In this document: one piece after another, positions 50,586 through 61,734 of the stretch | How the letters are laid out: each line of letters opens with the position of its first letter | Numbering within the stretch: position 1 is the first letter of the stretch | NCBI GenBank assembly: GCA_963825055.1 | Contig: CAWGSK010000013.1 | Location: 263,172-327,171 of the forward strand | Direction of reading: 5' to 3' | From: an uncultured Gemmatimonadales bacterium | GTDB lineage: Bacteria; Gemmatimonadota; Gemmatimonadetes; Gemmatimonadales; GWC2-71-9 | Length of the DNA stretch: 64,000 nucleotides | Notes under the pieces: generated by a model | What the model saw: the letters and a program-made list of their open reading frames with translations, nothing else | Databases searched by the model: none | Told to the model about the DNA's origin: nothing | Translations under genes and position numbers: made by a program

Positions 50586-51032
50586 TCAGTACTTTCCCAT
50601 CATGTAATCCACGCCGCCCTTGATGGTGGCCCGCCAGGAGTCCTCGATGACCGGCGTGAACTCCGGATCGAACCGCGCCACGGCCTGTATGAGGCTGTCC
50701 ACGAAGGGGGGATACATCTCCGGCGGGATGGCGAGGTCGCGACGGCTGTGCCGCTCCGCGACGCGTCGCAACAGGTCGTGGCCTTCCGGTTCCGGCCGGT
50801 TCGGGTAGAGCAGGAGAAGCCGCAGGGCGTGGAGCAGCAACTGGTGCTGGCGCAGGAAGTCCGTCCCGGCGAACCGCGCCTCTGCCCCGGGGCAGTTCTC
50901 GAAGAAAATCCTGTAGAAGGTGGAGATGAAATCGGCCGACGCGCAACATCGCTCGAAGCTGGCCCGGGCGGCCGCGGACAGGTCAATCGGTACTTCGGCG
51001 CTCACGCGTGGCCGCCTGGGCGTATTGGTCAC
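50586..51032 (-). CDS. Globin-like protein
   Basis: ASFERC..FISTFYRIF..F..TDFLRQ..AERHSRRDLAIPPEMYPPFVDSL..W. Confidence 0.85.
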   Translation of the reverse strand: MTNTPRRPRVSAEVPIDLSAAARASFERCCASADFISTFYRIFFENCPGAEARFAGTDFLRQHQLLLHALRLLLLYPNRPEPEGHDLLRRVAERHSRRDLAIPPEMYPPFVDSLIQAVARFDPEFTPVIEDSWRATIKGGVDYMMGKY

Positions 51033-51046
51033 GAACTCGGCTCCGG

Positions 51047-52385
51047 CTAGAAGTTGTATTCCAGGCTCGCGGTCCAGGCCACATCAGGCCGGAGGCCGCC
51101 CCGGTTCAGCGGGATGAGCGCGTTGGTCACGATGGTCAGGCCGGGCCCGGTGAGGAACTTGAACCCGATGGCGCCGTTGATCAGGTCGTCCGGGCTGTCG
51201 GGGATCGAGCTGGGTTGCACCGTCCGGTTGAACGGCGCGTCATACACCACCGTGCCGGGAAGGCGCAGCCGGTTGACCCCGACCTGAAGCTCGGAGACCA
51301 GGTCGATCGCCAGCGTCGCCCAGGGCGCGACCAGGTGGTCGAAGCCGGCCGTCGCCAGGAAGTAGTCGTTGTTGAGCGCGCCGGAACGGTAGAGGTAACC
51401 CACGTTGGCATGGGGAGAGAAGTTGCCGAACTGTGCCGACACGATCCCCACGCCGCGGACGGCATAGTTCCCCGATCCCAGGAAGTTGTCCTTGTTCCCG
51501 GTCGGGAGCCGGGCGTCGGCCAGGACGGCGAAGCGCGCCCGCGCCGACTCGCTCACCCCGATCTTCGCCCTGACCGCGACGTCCCCGAGGCCCGGTGCTC
51601 GATCCTTCCTCGAACCGGCTGGCCGTCAGGACGGGGTTGTCGATCGTGCCGGCGAAGAAGTGGGCGATGCTGGGGCCGAAGGGGATGACCTGCGCGTTGC
51701 TGACGCCCCGGAGCGACACGGTGACCAGCGGCAGCGCCACGCCGATGTCGATCCGGTCGGTCAGGCCGTAGGTCAGCGCGAACGTGGTCGCCCGGACATT
51801 GAGGTTCAGGTCCAGGTCGAGCCCGATGACGTCATTCTCCAGCTGCGGAATGCCCATCCTGGAGCAGTCGCCGTTGAAGATGCTGTCGCAGCCGGGGAAG
51901 TCGGAGTTCACGTGGGTGAAGTTCAGGTGCACGTTGTTCAGCGGCACGCCGCGCAGGCTTTTGAAATGAAAGACGCTGACGCCCCCGCTGACATAGACCC
52001 GGCCCCGGCCCATGGTCTGCGCCCGCTCCGCGAAGATCGGGCCGGACGACGTGCTGGTGGGCACGGGCACGCCGGCCTGCAGCCGGAAGGTGGTGCCGCT
52101 GCTGGTGGCGCTGAGCGGGAGGTTCCCGATATTGGCGCCAATGGCGCTGCCCAGGAACAGGATCAGGCTGCCATTCGCGGTGACCGCCGAGGGCACGAAA
52201 TGGCTCCCGTGCGCCTGGATGGAGGCCGGATTGTCGGGATCGGCGGTGCCGGCCAGGAAGAGCGGGTCCTCGCCGGGGCCGAAGATGAACAGTCCCGTGA
52301 TCCGGTCCCGCAGGTTCTGATCCTGGGCGCGCAGGACCGGTGCGGCGCAGAGCAGCAGCAGCACGACGAGCGCTGGACGGCGCAT
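51047..52385 (-). CDS. Putative outer-membrane beta-barrel protein (apparent frameshift near 51590)
   Basis: Signal peptide, TYGLTDRIDIGVALP, GLGD..RLPTG, terminal LEYNF. Confidence 0.75.
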
Positions 52386-52408
52386 GGACCCCCCGATTGA
52401 GAAAATGA

Positions 52409-54579
52409 CTATTGCTGGGCGAAGGCGATCGAACTGAGCCGCCAGGTTCCGGACGACCCGTCGAGTACCGCCCGGTAGTTGAAGACCTGCTCCAGTTCCC
52501 GGGGCTCGGAGTAGTGATACCGGGCCGTGCCGGTCACCACGGCCGTCGTATCCTGGATGCTTGGTGTCCCTGATGTCAGCGTGAAGTCGAACCGGCCGCC
52601 GCTGCCGAACAGCTCGCGATAGGCCTGCTCTTCCGGAGCGGTCATGCCGGGATAGGCCCGCCGCAGCCGCGCAAGGTCCCGGGAAGCCACGGCCTGGCTG
52701 AACGCCTGGAGGGCATTGGTGATGCTCTGGCGGGTTTCCTCCGCGCTCGGCACGTGGGGAGCCGGCGGCACAGGGGTGGCAGCCGCCGCGGGCGCGGGCA
52801 CCATCGTATCGCGCGCCGCTGGCACCGGGCCGGGGAGCACGGTCAGTTTCACGCTGCGCGACACGCCGGCCGTCGTTGCCGTGATGGTGACGCTGCCAGC
52901 CCCCTGCGCGGTCACCGTGCCGTCGTCGCCCACGCTCGCGACGCGCGGCGCGCTCGAGGTCCAGGCGAACGCCTGCCCTCCGACGGCACGCCCTGCCGCA
53001 TCCTGCGGGGTTGCCCGCAACCGGGTCAGTCCCCCCACCCCCAGGGTTTCCACGGGCGCCACGATGTTCACCGAAGCAACCGCCGGCGTGGCGGGACTTG
53101 CCGGCGTTGACTGCACCGTCGGGGGAGCGGCACGTGGTGCGCGCACCGAAACCGCCGTGGCGCTCATGCTGCCGCCGCTCTGCACCGTGAGGGTCGCGAC
53201 GCCCGGCCTCACCCCCCGCACCACCCCGGTCGGCGACACCACCGCGATGGAGGTGTCGGTGGAGGCCCAGTTCAGGGCGGCACCGGACACCGCCACTCCG
53301 GTGGCGGAGAGCGGCGTGGCCGTGAGCCGCGTCGTACTTCCCACGTCGAGCGCGATGGCACCCGGAGGCGAAAGACGCAGGCTCGCCACGCCTGCCACGG
53401 CCGGGGCCGGGGCGGGGCCGCCGCGGTGTCGGCGGCCGGCTGGGCTGGCGGCACGGCTGCCGGAGCGCGGCCGCGAAGCAGCAGCCATCCGGCCACCACC
53501 AGCAGGAGGACGGCGGGGATGGCGTACAGGAGGGCGCGCGGCACCGCCAGCGCTGTCGCGCCCGTGCCGGGGACAAGGGATCCGGAGCGGGTCCTGGGGC
53601 GGGCCCTGGGGATGGGGCTGGTTGGCGTCCGCACCCCCTTGAGGATCCGTGCCGCGGTGCCGGTCCGGGCCAGCGTCGCCATTTCCCGACGGATCGGCTC
53701 GCGCTCCTCGCTGGGTGGGCTGCCCACCGCCGCCACCGCGTCGGCCATGTGCGGCCAGCGGTCGTCCGGCTCCCGCTCCAGCATCCTGGTAACGGCCTGG
53801 GCGAGGAGCGAGGGGCAGTCCGGCCGACCTTCCGCCACTGGCCGGGGATCCCCGGTGAATCGGCTGTACATGAGCTGGACCGCGGTCTCACCGGCGAAGG
53901 GCGGCGCGCCCGTCAGCATCTCATACCCGATGAGCCCCAGGGAGTACTGGTCGGATGCGCCGGTCACCTCCGTGGCCGTGCACTGTTCGGGGCTCATGTA
54001 GGTCGGCGTGCCGACCACGCCGCCGGTCTGGGTCAGGCCCTCCGCCGAGCTCACCTTGGCGATGCCGAAATCGGTGACGATCGCCCGGCCGTCCTCGTCC
54101 AGCAGGATGTTGCCCGGCTTGACGTCACGATGGATCACACCGCGCCGGTGGGCGTAGGCCAGCGCATCGCCCACCTGCGTCAGGATATCCCGCGCCATCG
54201 CGATGGGCAGCTGTCCCCGCTCTTCCATGATCGAATCGAGCGTGCGCCCGGCCACGAACTGCATGACGAAATAGAGCAGTTCGTCCTGCTGGTGGACGGC
54301 GTAGATGGGGATGATGTTGGGATGATTCAGTGATGCGGCCGTCCGGGCCTCACGCTTGAAGCGCTCGGCGGAGCCCTCGCTCAGCACCAGCGCCGGCAGC
54401 ATCACCTTGATGGCCACCTTCCGGTCCAGCGCCAGGTCGTGCGCCAGGTACACCACGGCCATGCCACCCCGGCCGAGCTGGGCCAGGATCTCATAATCGC
54501 CGATGGTCGCCTCCCGCAGCGCATCCAGCAGCGGGTCGGTGACATCGGGCACGGGCGGGTTCACGGCGTTATCCGGCAT
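52409..54579 (-). CDS. Ser/Thr kinase with TM and two Ig-like (Big_2) domains (apparent frameshift near 53415)
   Basis: GRGGMA, HRDVKPGN, DFG, GTPTYMSPEQ; WASTDTSIAVVSPTG and WTSSAPRVASV..GTVTA Big_2 motifs. Confidence 0.87.
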
Positions 54580-54731
54580 GGGGGACCCGGGATATGGCCA
54601 TCCTTCAAGCTAGGAATGGGGGAGGGATGGCGCCATAGCCCTCGGCTCCCGCTCAATCATCGTGGATCAGCAGGCGCCCTCATACAGGGTGCGCAGGAAG
54701 GCGCCCGGGGGCGACATGCGGGGGCGGGCAG

Positions 54732-54760
54732 TTGACATACCTCGCGCTGCGAGGTATCAT
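54732..54760 (+). promoter_or_regulatory. Sigma70 promoter with palindromic operator, leaderless to padR
   Basis: TTGACA-17-TATCAT, ATG 5 nt later; ATACCTCGC-gct-GCGAGGTAT at 54737-54757. Confidence 0.8.
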
Positions 54761-54765
54761 GGCTC

Positions 54766-55104
54766 ATGATCGACAAGGAACTGATCGCCGCCACCTCCAC
54801 GCAGTTCATCCTGCTGATCCTCAGGGAAGGCGACTCCTATGGCTACGAGATCATCCAGCGGGTCCACGCCCTGACGAACGATGCCTTCACGTGGACCGAG
54901 AGCATGCTGTACCCGGTCCTGCATCGGCTGGAGGAGAAGGGGTACGTCCGCTCGTACTGGGAGGCGTCGCCCACCGGCCGGAAGCGGAAATACTACTCCC
55001 TCACGAAGGAGGGGCAGGCCGAACTCGAGGACAAGTGGCGCCAGTGGCACATCGCCAACACCGCCCTGCTTTCACTCCGGGGTCGCCGGAAGCACACCGC
55101 CTGA
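54766..55104 (+). CDS. PadR-family transcriptional regulator
   Basis: SYGYEI, LYPVLHRLE..G, RKYYSLTKEG. Confidence 0.93.
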   Translation: MIDKELIAATSTQFILLILREGDSYGYEIIQRVHALTNDAFTWTESMLYPVLHRLEEKGYVRSYWEASPTGRKRKYYSLTKEGQAELEDKWRQWHIANTALLSLRGRRKHTA

Positions 55105-55156
55105 GCGCGGGCTCCGTCACGGCCCTTCCCCGCACCACCGCAAAGGGACACGCACC

Positions 55157-55330
55157 ATGGACACGTTCGGCATCATAGCATTCTCGATGGCAGTTTCCGC
55201 GCTCGGGTTCGCGCTCATGAACTCGCAGCGGATCAACAAGCTGGAGGAGAAACTCCGGGATTTTGACGTGATCCCAAAGGAATTCGATTCCCTGAAGGAA
55301 ATCGACCGGAGTCCGCGTGCGAAGGGCTGA
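55157..55330 (+). CDS. Small hypothetical membrane protein
   Basis: 57 aa, N-terminal TM followed by INKLEEKL, purine-rich RBS. Confidence 0.55.
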   Translation: MDTFGIIAFSMAVSALGFALMNSQRINKLEEKLRDFDVIPKEFDSLKEIDRSPRAKG

Positions 55331-56728
55331 GTCTTCCAGGCGACCGTCCTTCCGCCGGCTGGCGGGAGCGGCGGTCACATTCGCCCTGGCTGCTGCACTC
55401 GCGCAGCCCGCGTCCGCCCAGGCCCTGCCGTCCGACTCGGCGGTTCAGGCCATCATCAGCGAGCGGGTGGACGCCGGCCGCTTTGCCGGCATCGCCGTCG
55501 GGTTCGTGACCTCCGACGGCGGGCGTCGCGTGGTGGCGTACGGCCCGCATGCCGGCGTCACAGCCGTTCGACGGCAACACCGTCTTCGAGATCGGCTCCA
55601 TCACCAAGACCTTCACCGCCGCCATCCTGGCCGACATGGTGCGGAAGGGTGAGGTGGCGCTGGACGACCCGGTCGTGAAGTACCTCCCGGAAGGCACCGT
55701 GGTTCCCTCCCGCGACGGGAAACAGATCACCCTCGCCGACCTCGCCACCCAGACATCCGGTCTCCCCCGGTTGCCCGACAACATGACGCCGGCGGATTCA
55801 GCGAACCCCTACGCCGACTACACCGCCAGGCAGATGTTCGACTTCCTCGCCGGGTACGAGCTCCCGCGCGCCATCGGCGAAAAGTACGAATACTCCAACC
55901 TCGGCTTTGCGCTGCTCGGGCAGGCCCTCGCCTTCCGCGCCGGCGAGAGCTACGAGGCCCTGGTCACGGAACGCATCCTGCGGCCACTTGGGATGAGCGA
56001 TACCCGCATCACGCTCACCCCGTCCATGCAGCAGCGGCTCGCCCCCGGGCACGCCCCTGACGGTTCACCAGCCGCAGAACTGGGACTTCACCAGCTTTGC
56101 CGGCGCCGGGGCATTGCGCTCGACGGTGAACGACATGCTGACCTGGATCCACGCCAACGCCGACTCCACCTCGCGCCCGCTCGGCCCCACGCTGGCACTC
56201 ACCCACGCCCCACGGCATGACGCCGGCTCACCGGCACTGACCATCGGCCTCGCGTGGCATCGCCTCCGGACACCGCTCGGCAGGACGATCGTCTGGCACA
56301 ACGGCGGCACCGGTGGCTACCGCACCTTCACCGGATATGACGAGGCGACCGGGACGGGGATCGTCGTGCTCAGCAACACCTCGCAGAGCGTGGACGAAAT
56401 CGGGCTGCATCTCCTCGACCCCTCCATCCCGCTTCCGCCACTCCCCAAGGCGCGCACGGCCGTTGAGCTGAGCGCCGAAACCCTGGACCAGTACCCCGGC
56501 ACCTACGCGCTCTCGCCCGCCTTCGATATCGTGATCACGCGCGAGGGCAACCAGCTCTTTCTCCAGGCGACCGGGCAGCCGCGGTTCGAGCTCTTCGCGG
56601 AGTCGGATGGAGAGTTCTTCCTGAAGGTGGTGGACGCGCAGGTGTCGTTCACCCGGGACTCGACGGGAGCGGTGACGGGTCTGGTGCTGCACCAGAACGG
56701 TGCCGACGTGCCCGGCAGGAGGAAGTGA
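55317..56728 (+). CDS. Serine hydrolase (beta-lactamase-related) with C-terminal DUF3471-like domain (apparent frameshifts near 55560 and 56073)
   Basis: FEIGSITK (SxxK), YSN, WHNGGTGG; three frames. Confidence 0.85.
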
Positions 56729-57394
56729 GCGGCACGTGTCCGCCGCTCGCGGCCGCGGAACGCGGTGGCCATGAAGGCCTCCGGCGAGCGACCAGACCTG
56801 AATGGTCGTGGAGCGAAGGGTTGCCAAATCAGCGGGCCTGGCTAGGGCTGCCACTGCCGCCCCTATACTGCGACCATCTCATTTAGAACGGTTTCGCTGT
56901 ATCCTGCAGCACACCTGCGGTCACGATTTCGCCTCGGGAATTTCCCTTCGTTCCCCTAGGCCCCATCGACAGCGCAGGCCCCCAGGAGGAATCCCAAAAC
57001 CCCAAAACAATCTCGCAGCCCCGCCTAGCCGAGGAAGGATGTGCCCAGAAGAGAACAACTGGGCACCCCGCTCACGAGATATGGTCCGGGTGGCTTCGGT
57101 GAATATACTGGCAGGATGCCGAGCGTGACACCAACCAGCATTGGCCGGGGCTCTTGGCATGACGCCGGACCGGGCGTCACCTTCGACCACCCTGTCCGCG
57201 TAAGTGTCCGGGAAGCTGTGGGCGAGGCCAAGAACACTCTGCCCCTGCCGTCCGGCCGGAGGTGGAGAGGAACCCGGAGGCGGACAAGCGGCGGCAAAGA
57301 AGAGCGGGGAGGTGAGGGCGGAGACGCTGACCACCCGAGCAGCGCAAAGAGGCGGCCACACTCGCGCCTCTGCTGGCTGGAAGAGGGGCCAGAA

Positions 57395-57865
57395 CTAGGC
57401 GTCCACCGGCAGATGCTTCCTTTCCTCAACATCCTCCGTGAAGTCGGGTGGAACAATGATGGGGTCTTCCTTGGGATTGACCCGGTTCCAGTGCTCTGCA
57501 TCCAGCGTCAACTGTAGAACGTCGCCGATTACCTGATTCCGTCGTGTAGTGAGCGACATATGCATTGGCCCTCGCGGGGCCTCATCAATATCTACCCACC
57601 TATTGAAGATATCCCCCTGCTGATATACCTGATAAACATGGTTGGCCCGGTAAGGCAGTCCCGTCTCCTTATCATGCCGAACTTCTTCCCGGGCGGCCTC
57701 AGCAAAATCTCTCGCGAGGCGCTCAAACGGGTCCACCGGCTTGGGCAGTGGCCATCCATATTTCGCGTGCGCGTGTCTTACCACCTCTTTCATGTCCACT
57801 TCCCGCTCGCCAGTATCGTCTTTGTAGCGACGAATCATGGCCTGCATTTCTTCGCGCTTTGACAC
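57395..57865 (-). CDS. Hypothetical protein downstream of the HigA-IrrE gene
   Basis: 156 aa protein-like ORF, AGG upstream of GTG, 14 bp after the upstream stop. Confidence 0.75.
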   Translation of the reverse strand: MSKREEMQAMIRRYKDDTGEREVDMKEVVRHAHAKYGWPLPKPVDPFERLARDFAEAAREEVRHDKETGLPYRANHVYQVYQQGDIFNRWVDIDEAPRGPMHMSLTTRRNQVIGDVLQLTLDAEHWNRVNPKEDPIIVPPDFTEDVEERKHLPVDA

Positions 57866-57879
57866 AGGACCCTGCCTTG

Positions 57880-59028
57880 TTACGATAACGGTTGAACAAT
57901 AGGTGCAACGTCTCCCCACCCATCGACCACAGCACTCGGAGACACTGACGAACGAATTTTCACAAGGTGTTTGCGAAACCTTTCATACCGGCCGGTTCGG
58001 TGCTGCAGTTGGCCAGCGACCAACCCAGGATGAATCTTAAGGGTGTTAGCAAAACCGAGAATGTCTCTCTCAGTAAAGAGAGGAGCTTTTCGGGCAATGA
58101 AACTCTCCATCTTATGTGGTGGTACGCAGAAGGCCGACGCGGCTTCGTTCGCTAGCTGTTCTTCCTCTGTAACGTCCGTCCTTTGCTTCTCCAGTTCAGT
58201 GTCGATAGCAATTGGTTCACTCCCGTGCCCCCGTAGGACATGCTCGCATTCGTGGCGCAAGACAAACCAAAAATGATCTATCCGATCAAACCGGAGTGAC
58301 ATGCCGATTACGGGAGACACGTCGTTTAACCAGAAGCACACGCCATCAATCTTCGCTCCGGTCAGCGATTCCACGACGACGAACCGAATTCCACACTCCG
58401 CCAAGACTCGGGGCACATGTCGGGCCTCCTCTGGAGCACCCAGGAGAGCAGAGAGCTTGGGGAGCGCGGCCCGTAGTAGACCGGGTGAATACGGGACCGG
58501 AGTTAGCATTCCTGAAGCGATCTGCTTCACCCGATAGAGCCAAGCCAGCTGCGGTGGAGTAACTTCGCCTGTAACATCCGTGCGCTTTGCAGCATGGGGC
58601 AAAATTTCAATGTCCTCGGGGCGTGTAACGGCGAAGAATTGAGCCAAGGCGGATTCGACCTTAGGCACATCCTCAAGGCTGGTCAGGCCCTCAAGCCATC
58701 CACGCGTAATCATCTCAGCGATCGGGAGACTGCCCAGCAGGGCCGCCCGCGTGGCCTGCGCCGGATCCACGACAACCGTGAGTTTGGCCTTGGCAAGATC
58801 AAATGCCCGCTGAAGGTCCATGAAGTGTTCGGGAGGAACATCAAAAACCGCCCCCAGTCGAACCGCCATTTCGGCTTCGATGGGGCGCACATCTCGAACC
58901 ATCCTACCAACGAGCTCATCGCTGGTACCCAAGATCATCGCCAACAGCCGCTGGTTCCACCTTCTGGACTTGATCAGCGCACGAAGGTATTGGCCGGGGG
59001 TCCGGTACCTCTCGAATGGCATAGACAT
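57880..59028 (-). CDS. HigA-type XRE HTH fused to an ImmA/IrrE (M78) metallopeptidase
   Basis: TPGQYL..MAVRLGAVF..FMDLQ HigA signature; KIDG..R.DRIDHFWFVLRHECEH (HExxH). Confidence 0.88.
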   Translation of the reverse strand: MSMPFERYRTPGQYLRALIKSRRWNQRLLAMILGTSDELVGRMVRDVRPIEAEMAVRLGAVFDVPPEHFMDLQRAFDLAKAKLTVVVDPAQATRAALLGSLPIAEMITRGWLEGLTSLEDVPKVESALAQFFAVTRPEDIEILPHAAKRTDVTGEVTPPQLAWLYRVKQIASGMLTPVPYSPGLLRAALPKLSALLGAPEEARHVPRVLAECGIRFVVVESLTGAKIDGVCFWLNDVSPVIGMSLRFDRIDHFWFVLRHECEHVLRGHGSEPIAIDTELEKQRTDVTEEEQLANEAASAFCVPPHKMESFIARKAPLFTERDILGFANTLKIHPGLVAGQLQHRTGRYERFRKHLVKIRSSVSPSAVVDGWGDVAPIVQPLS

Positions 59029-59033
59029 ACCAC

Positions 59034-59062
59034 AAAATATGCAAAATCCGTAGATTTTGCAA
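59034..59062 (-). promoter_or_regulatory. Leaderless promoter with palindromic operator
   Basis: Minus strand TTGCAA-17-TATTTT, 5 nt to ATG; TGCAAAATC-cgta-GATTTTGCA at 59040-59061. Confidence 0.7.
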
Positions 59063-59326
59063 ACTCTAATGTTATCTACGGGGTTTATACGGTTTCGCCC
59101 ATTTTGGCAATGCCCTCGGCACCTCCCGCCACAGGTGGAACTCCGGGCGTGGCAAAATCAAGTCGTTGGTGGGACCTGAACGGCGCGGCACGGCCTAGGA
59201 GGCTGACGGCGATTCCACGTCTAACGTGGGATCCGATCTCATGGAGCGAGGTCCCGCTCCATCGAGAACCACCCAAAGTGTTAATTGAGGCTTTTGGTCA
59301 TCCTTACCATATTGCACCGCCATCCA

Positions 59327-60202
59327 TTACTCTCCACCATCCTTGCCAAAATCCTCGTCGTCCCAGCACCGCCCCTGGCAATAGGCCTCGTTATCCGCAA
59401 GCGCGCGGTATAGCGCTGCTTGCCACGAATTGATGTATTGCTGAGAGTGACTGTTGCTTACCGCTGTCAGATGCGCTCTAAGCCCACCCGGGCCTGCTTG
59501 CTCAAAGAGGCACCGCATGGCATCACGAATACTCACAATCTCTTGAGCAGCATATGTAGAGTACAAACGGTCGAGCCGCAGCCTAGCGAAGTGAAAGCGT
59601 ATACGCTCGTTAGTGGTAGTAGACCAACTAGCCACATCAGCCACTATAAAGCGGACGGCTGGCGCCGGTTGCTGGTGTTCGATCTCCGCTTCGAGCCATC
59701 GTCGGTCATCTACGCGATCATAGTATGGATGCAACAACTGATCACGCTCGCCGCTCGGTGGATGTCCACCCTTGGCATGGTTACAGTCGCTGCAACATGG
59801 CACCAGGTTATATGGCACAACAGCCAAGGCGGGATAGTTTGCCTTAGGGAGGTAATGGTCCAGTGTGGACACGGTTCCCTGGCCGCACAACGGACACCGC
59901 CCAAAAGGCGCGGCCGCTATTAGCCTGTCGTAAATTTGTCGAGCTGCGGAGCCCTTTCTGACCATGCTGTTCTTGTAAAGCCGCGACATGTCGTCAGCTG
60001 TTACCTGACCGCCGACGTCGGCCTCTTGAGCAAGTGCATAGCACTGGCCCCTTGTGGCGGCACCATCATAAACATCGGCCGCGACTACGATATGTTGGGT
60101 TACCGCAACGAACTTGTCCCTGGAGGTAGTATTGCGGACCCGGGCGATGCACACCGCAAATACTTCAGCGGCGGATTCACCCGGCTTCGGCAAAGTTCGC
60201 AC
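59327..60202 (-). CDS. HNH endonuclease
   Basis: CPLCG..TLDHYLPK..YP..NLVPCCSDCNHAK, LHPYYD. Confidence 0.9.
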   Translation of the reverse strand: MRTLPKPGESAAEVFAVCIARVRNTTSRDKFVAVTQHIVVAADVYDGAATRGQCYALAQEADVGGQVTADDMSRLYKNSMVRKGSAARQIYDRLIAAAPFGRCPLCGQGTVSTLDHYLPKANYPALAVVPYNLVPCCSDCNHAKGGHPPSGERDQLLHPYYDRVDDRRWLEAEIEHQQPAPAVRFIVADVASWSTTTNERIRFHFARLRLDRLYSTYAAQEIVSIRDAMRCLFEQAGPGGLRAHLTAVSNSHSQQYINSWQAALYRALADNEAYCQGRCWDDEDFGKDGGE

Positions 60203-60204
60203 GC

Positions 60205-61734
60205 TTACTGAACCTCCTCATCGTCACGCACAGCTACAAGTCCTCGCACAATGGCCAATGCCTCGGCGCCCAGCTGTCCGACAAAGTCCTCGACAATCTC
60301 ATCATATGATCGTCCCTCGTTGACGGCTCGTCTCAACATCTCGTGATATCCTGCTTTCGTCACCTCAAGCCCGAATACTTCACGCGTCAAAATGCCGACA
60401 TTTTCCCCAAATGTCTCTGTATCCGGGCGCTCGGCCACTAGGACCGCCCCGGAGCGCCTTAATTTCCACGCGCAAGTTCGAGGCACTTCCTGGAGTACAA
60501 CGGGCGAGTGAGTGGCGACGATGGCTACCCCATTTCGCTCGATCAGCAAGTCTGATAGCGCACGGACAAAGGCAGACAATAGCGGAGGGTGCAAATGACC
60601 CTCCGGCTCATCGATTAGCACCAGGGTTCTCTCGTCGACGGTCTCAACAAGGCGTGTAATAGTCAGTAAAACAGTCTTGTGCCCTGCGCTGAGCTTGCGA
60701 AAGAGAGCTTGCGCTTGCTTCCGCCCGTCTTGGTCGAGAGCGGCCTGAGAGAGCAACAAGGCCAGCCTCACCAAACAAGGGGTCCGCCTCAAGTATGCCT
60801 AGGAGCCGGCGCCACCTTGGTATACGGCCACCGATGTGGCACTCTTTCAGGCTTACGACGAATTCCGTTGCAAGGACAGCTGGACTCTTAGGAGCCCGGT
60901 TCTTTCCTTCCCGCGTCCTTCTTCGCTGGAGTCCAATATACGCGTGCCCGACCCCCTCACTCATCCCTTTCCGCTCTGGGAACGGTTCAAACCGATCAAA
61001 TGCGCTGAATGTCACGGTAACAAGGTTGCCGAAGGGTGGCCCGTTGCCCTCTCCAGAGTCGTCGTGAAAAGCTCCGGCCTGTTTAGCGCCATCGGCCAAT
61101 AGAGCACTCGTCATCTTGTGAAGCAGATGCGTCTTACCCACTCCGTTCCGGCCGATGAGGACATGGATGTTAGTCGGAGGGTGCGACTCCGGGGTCACCG
61201 CGAAGGCGAGATCCACGGCTGGCGGCGTCGCCACCTCTTGCAGCTCTGTAGCTAAACGTGAAAGGCGTGAGGCGCGCACCACCGAGTGCCATTCTGCGGA
61301 ACTGGCCTTGGACAACAAACGGCGTGACACTTCGTAACAGTGACCGCCGCGTTACGTCCTCTGCCTGAGCCTTCTCAAACAACGCGGCATCGGCTGCAAT
61401 GTCTCGTAGCGCTGTTAGAACTTCGGCGCGCAGGACAGCACCAAGTGCATTTAGGTTCTCATAGTATGCTTCGTCTTGGCCCACCGAGAAGAATTTGGCC
61501 GCTAACGAGGTGAATTGCCTTGGCAATGACGGAGCGCCCCGCTCCTCAGGCATGGCAAACTCTCCAACCTTTATATTGCCGATGTCGTGCTCCTTTCCCC
61601 TCCCCATCATAGATCACGAGATAAAACTGCGTTTGCCAGTGGAACCAGTCGTTCCATTGATCCGTAATTAGAAACCCACTCATTCTGCTCGCTGGGGGCT
61701 TATTCCCTGTTTCGAGAACGCGAAACTTTAACAT
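60205..61734 (-). CDS. ABC/AAA_21-type ATPase (three apparent frameshifts near 61595, 61240 and 60750)
   Basis: Walker A GRNGVGKT, FSAFD, signature LSAGHK, Walker B LIDEPEGHLHP, ATHSP; four frames. Confidence 0.85.

Noticed and set aside
56800..56880. tRNA remnant or cobalamin riboswitch at the island's left end
   Set aside because: Only a 7-bp inverted repeat and an isolated GCCACTG; no cloverleaf, T-loop or B12-box context.
56921..57517. ORFs at the island's left end as an integrase fragment
   Set aside because: No tyrosine or serine recombinase motifs; the translations look non-coding.
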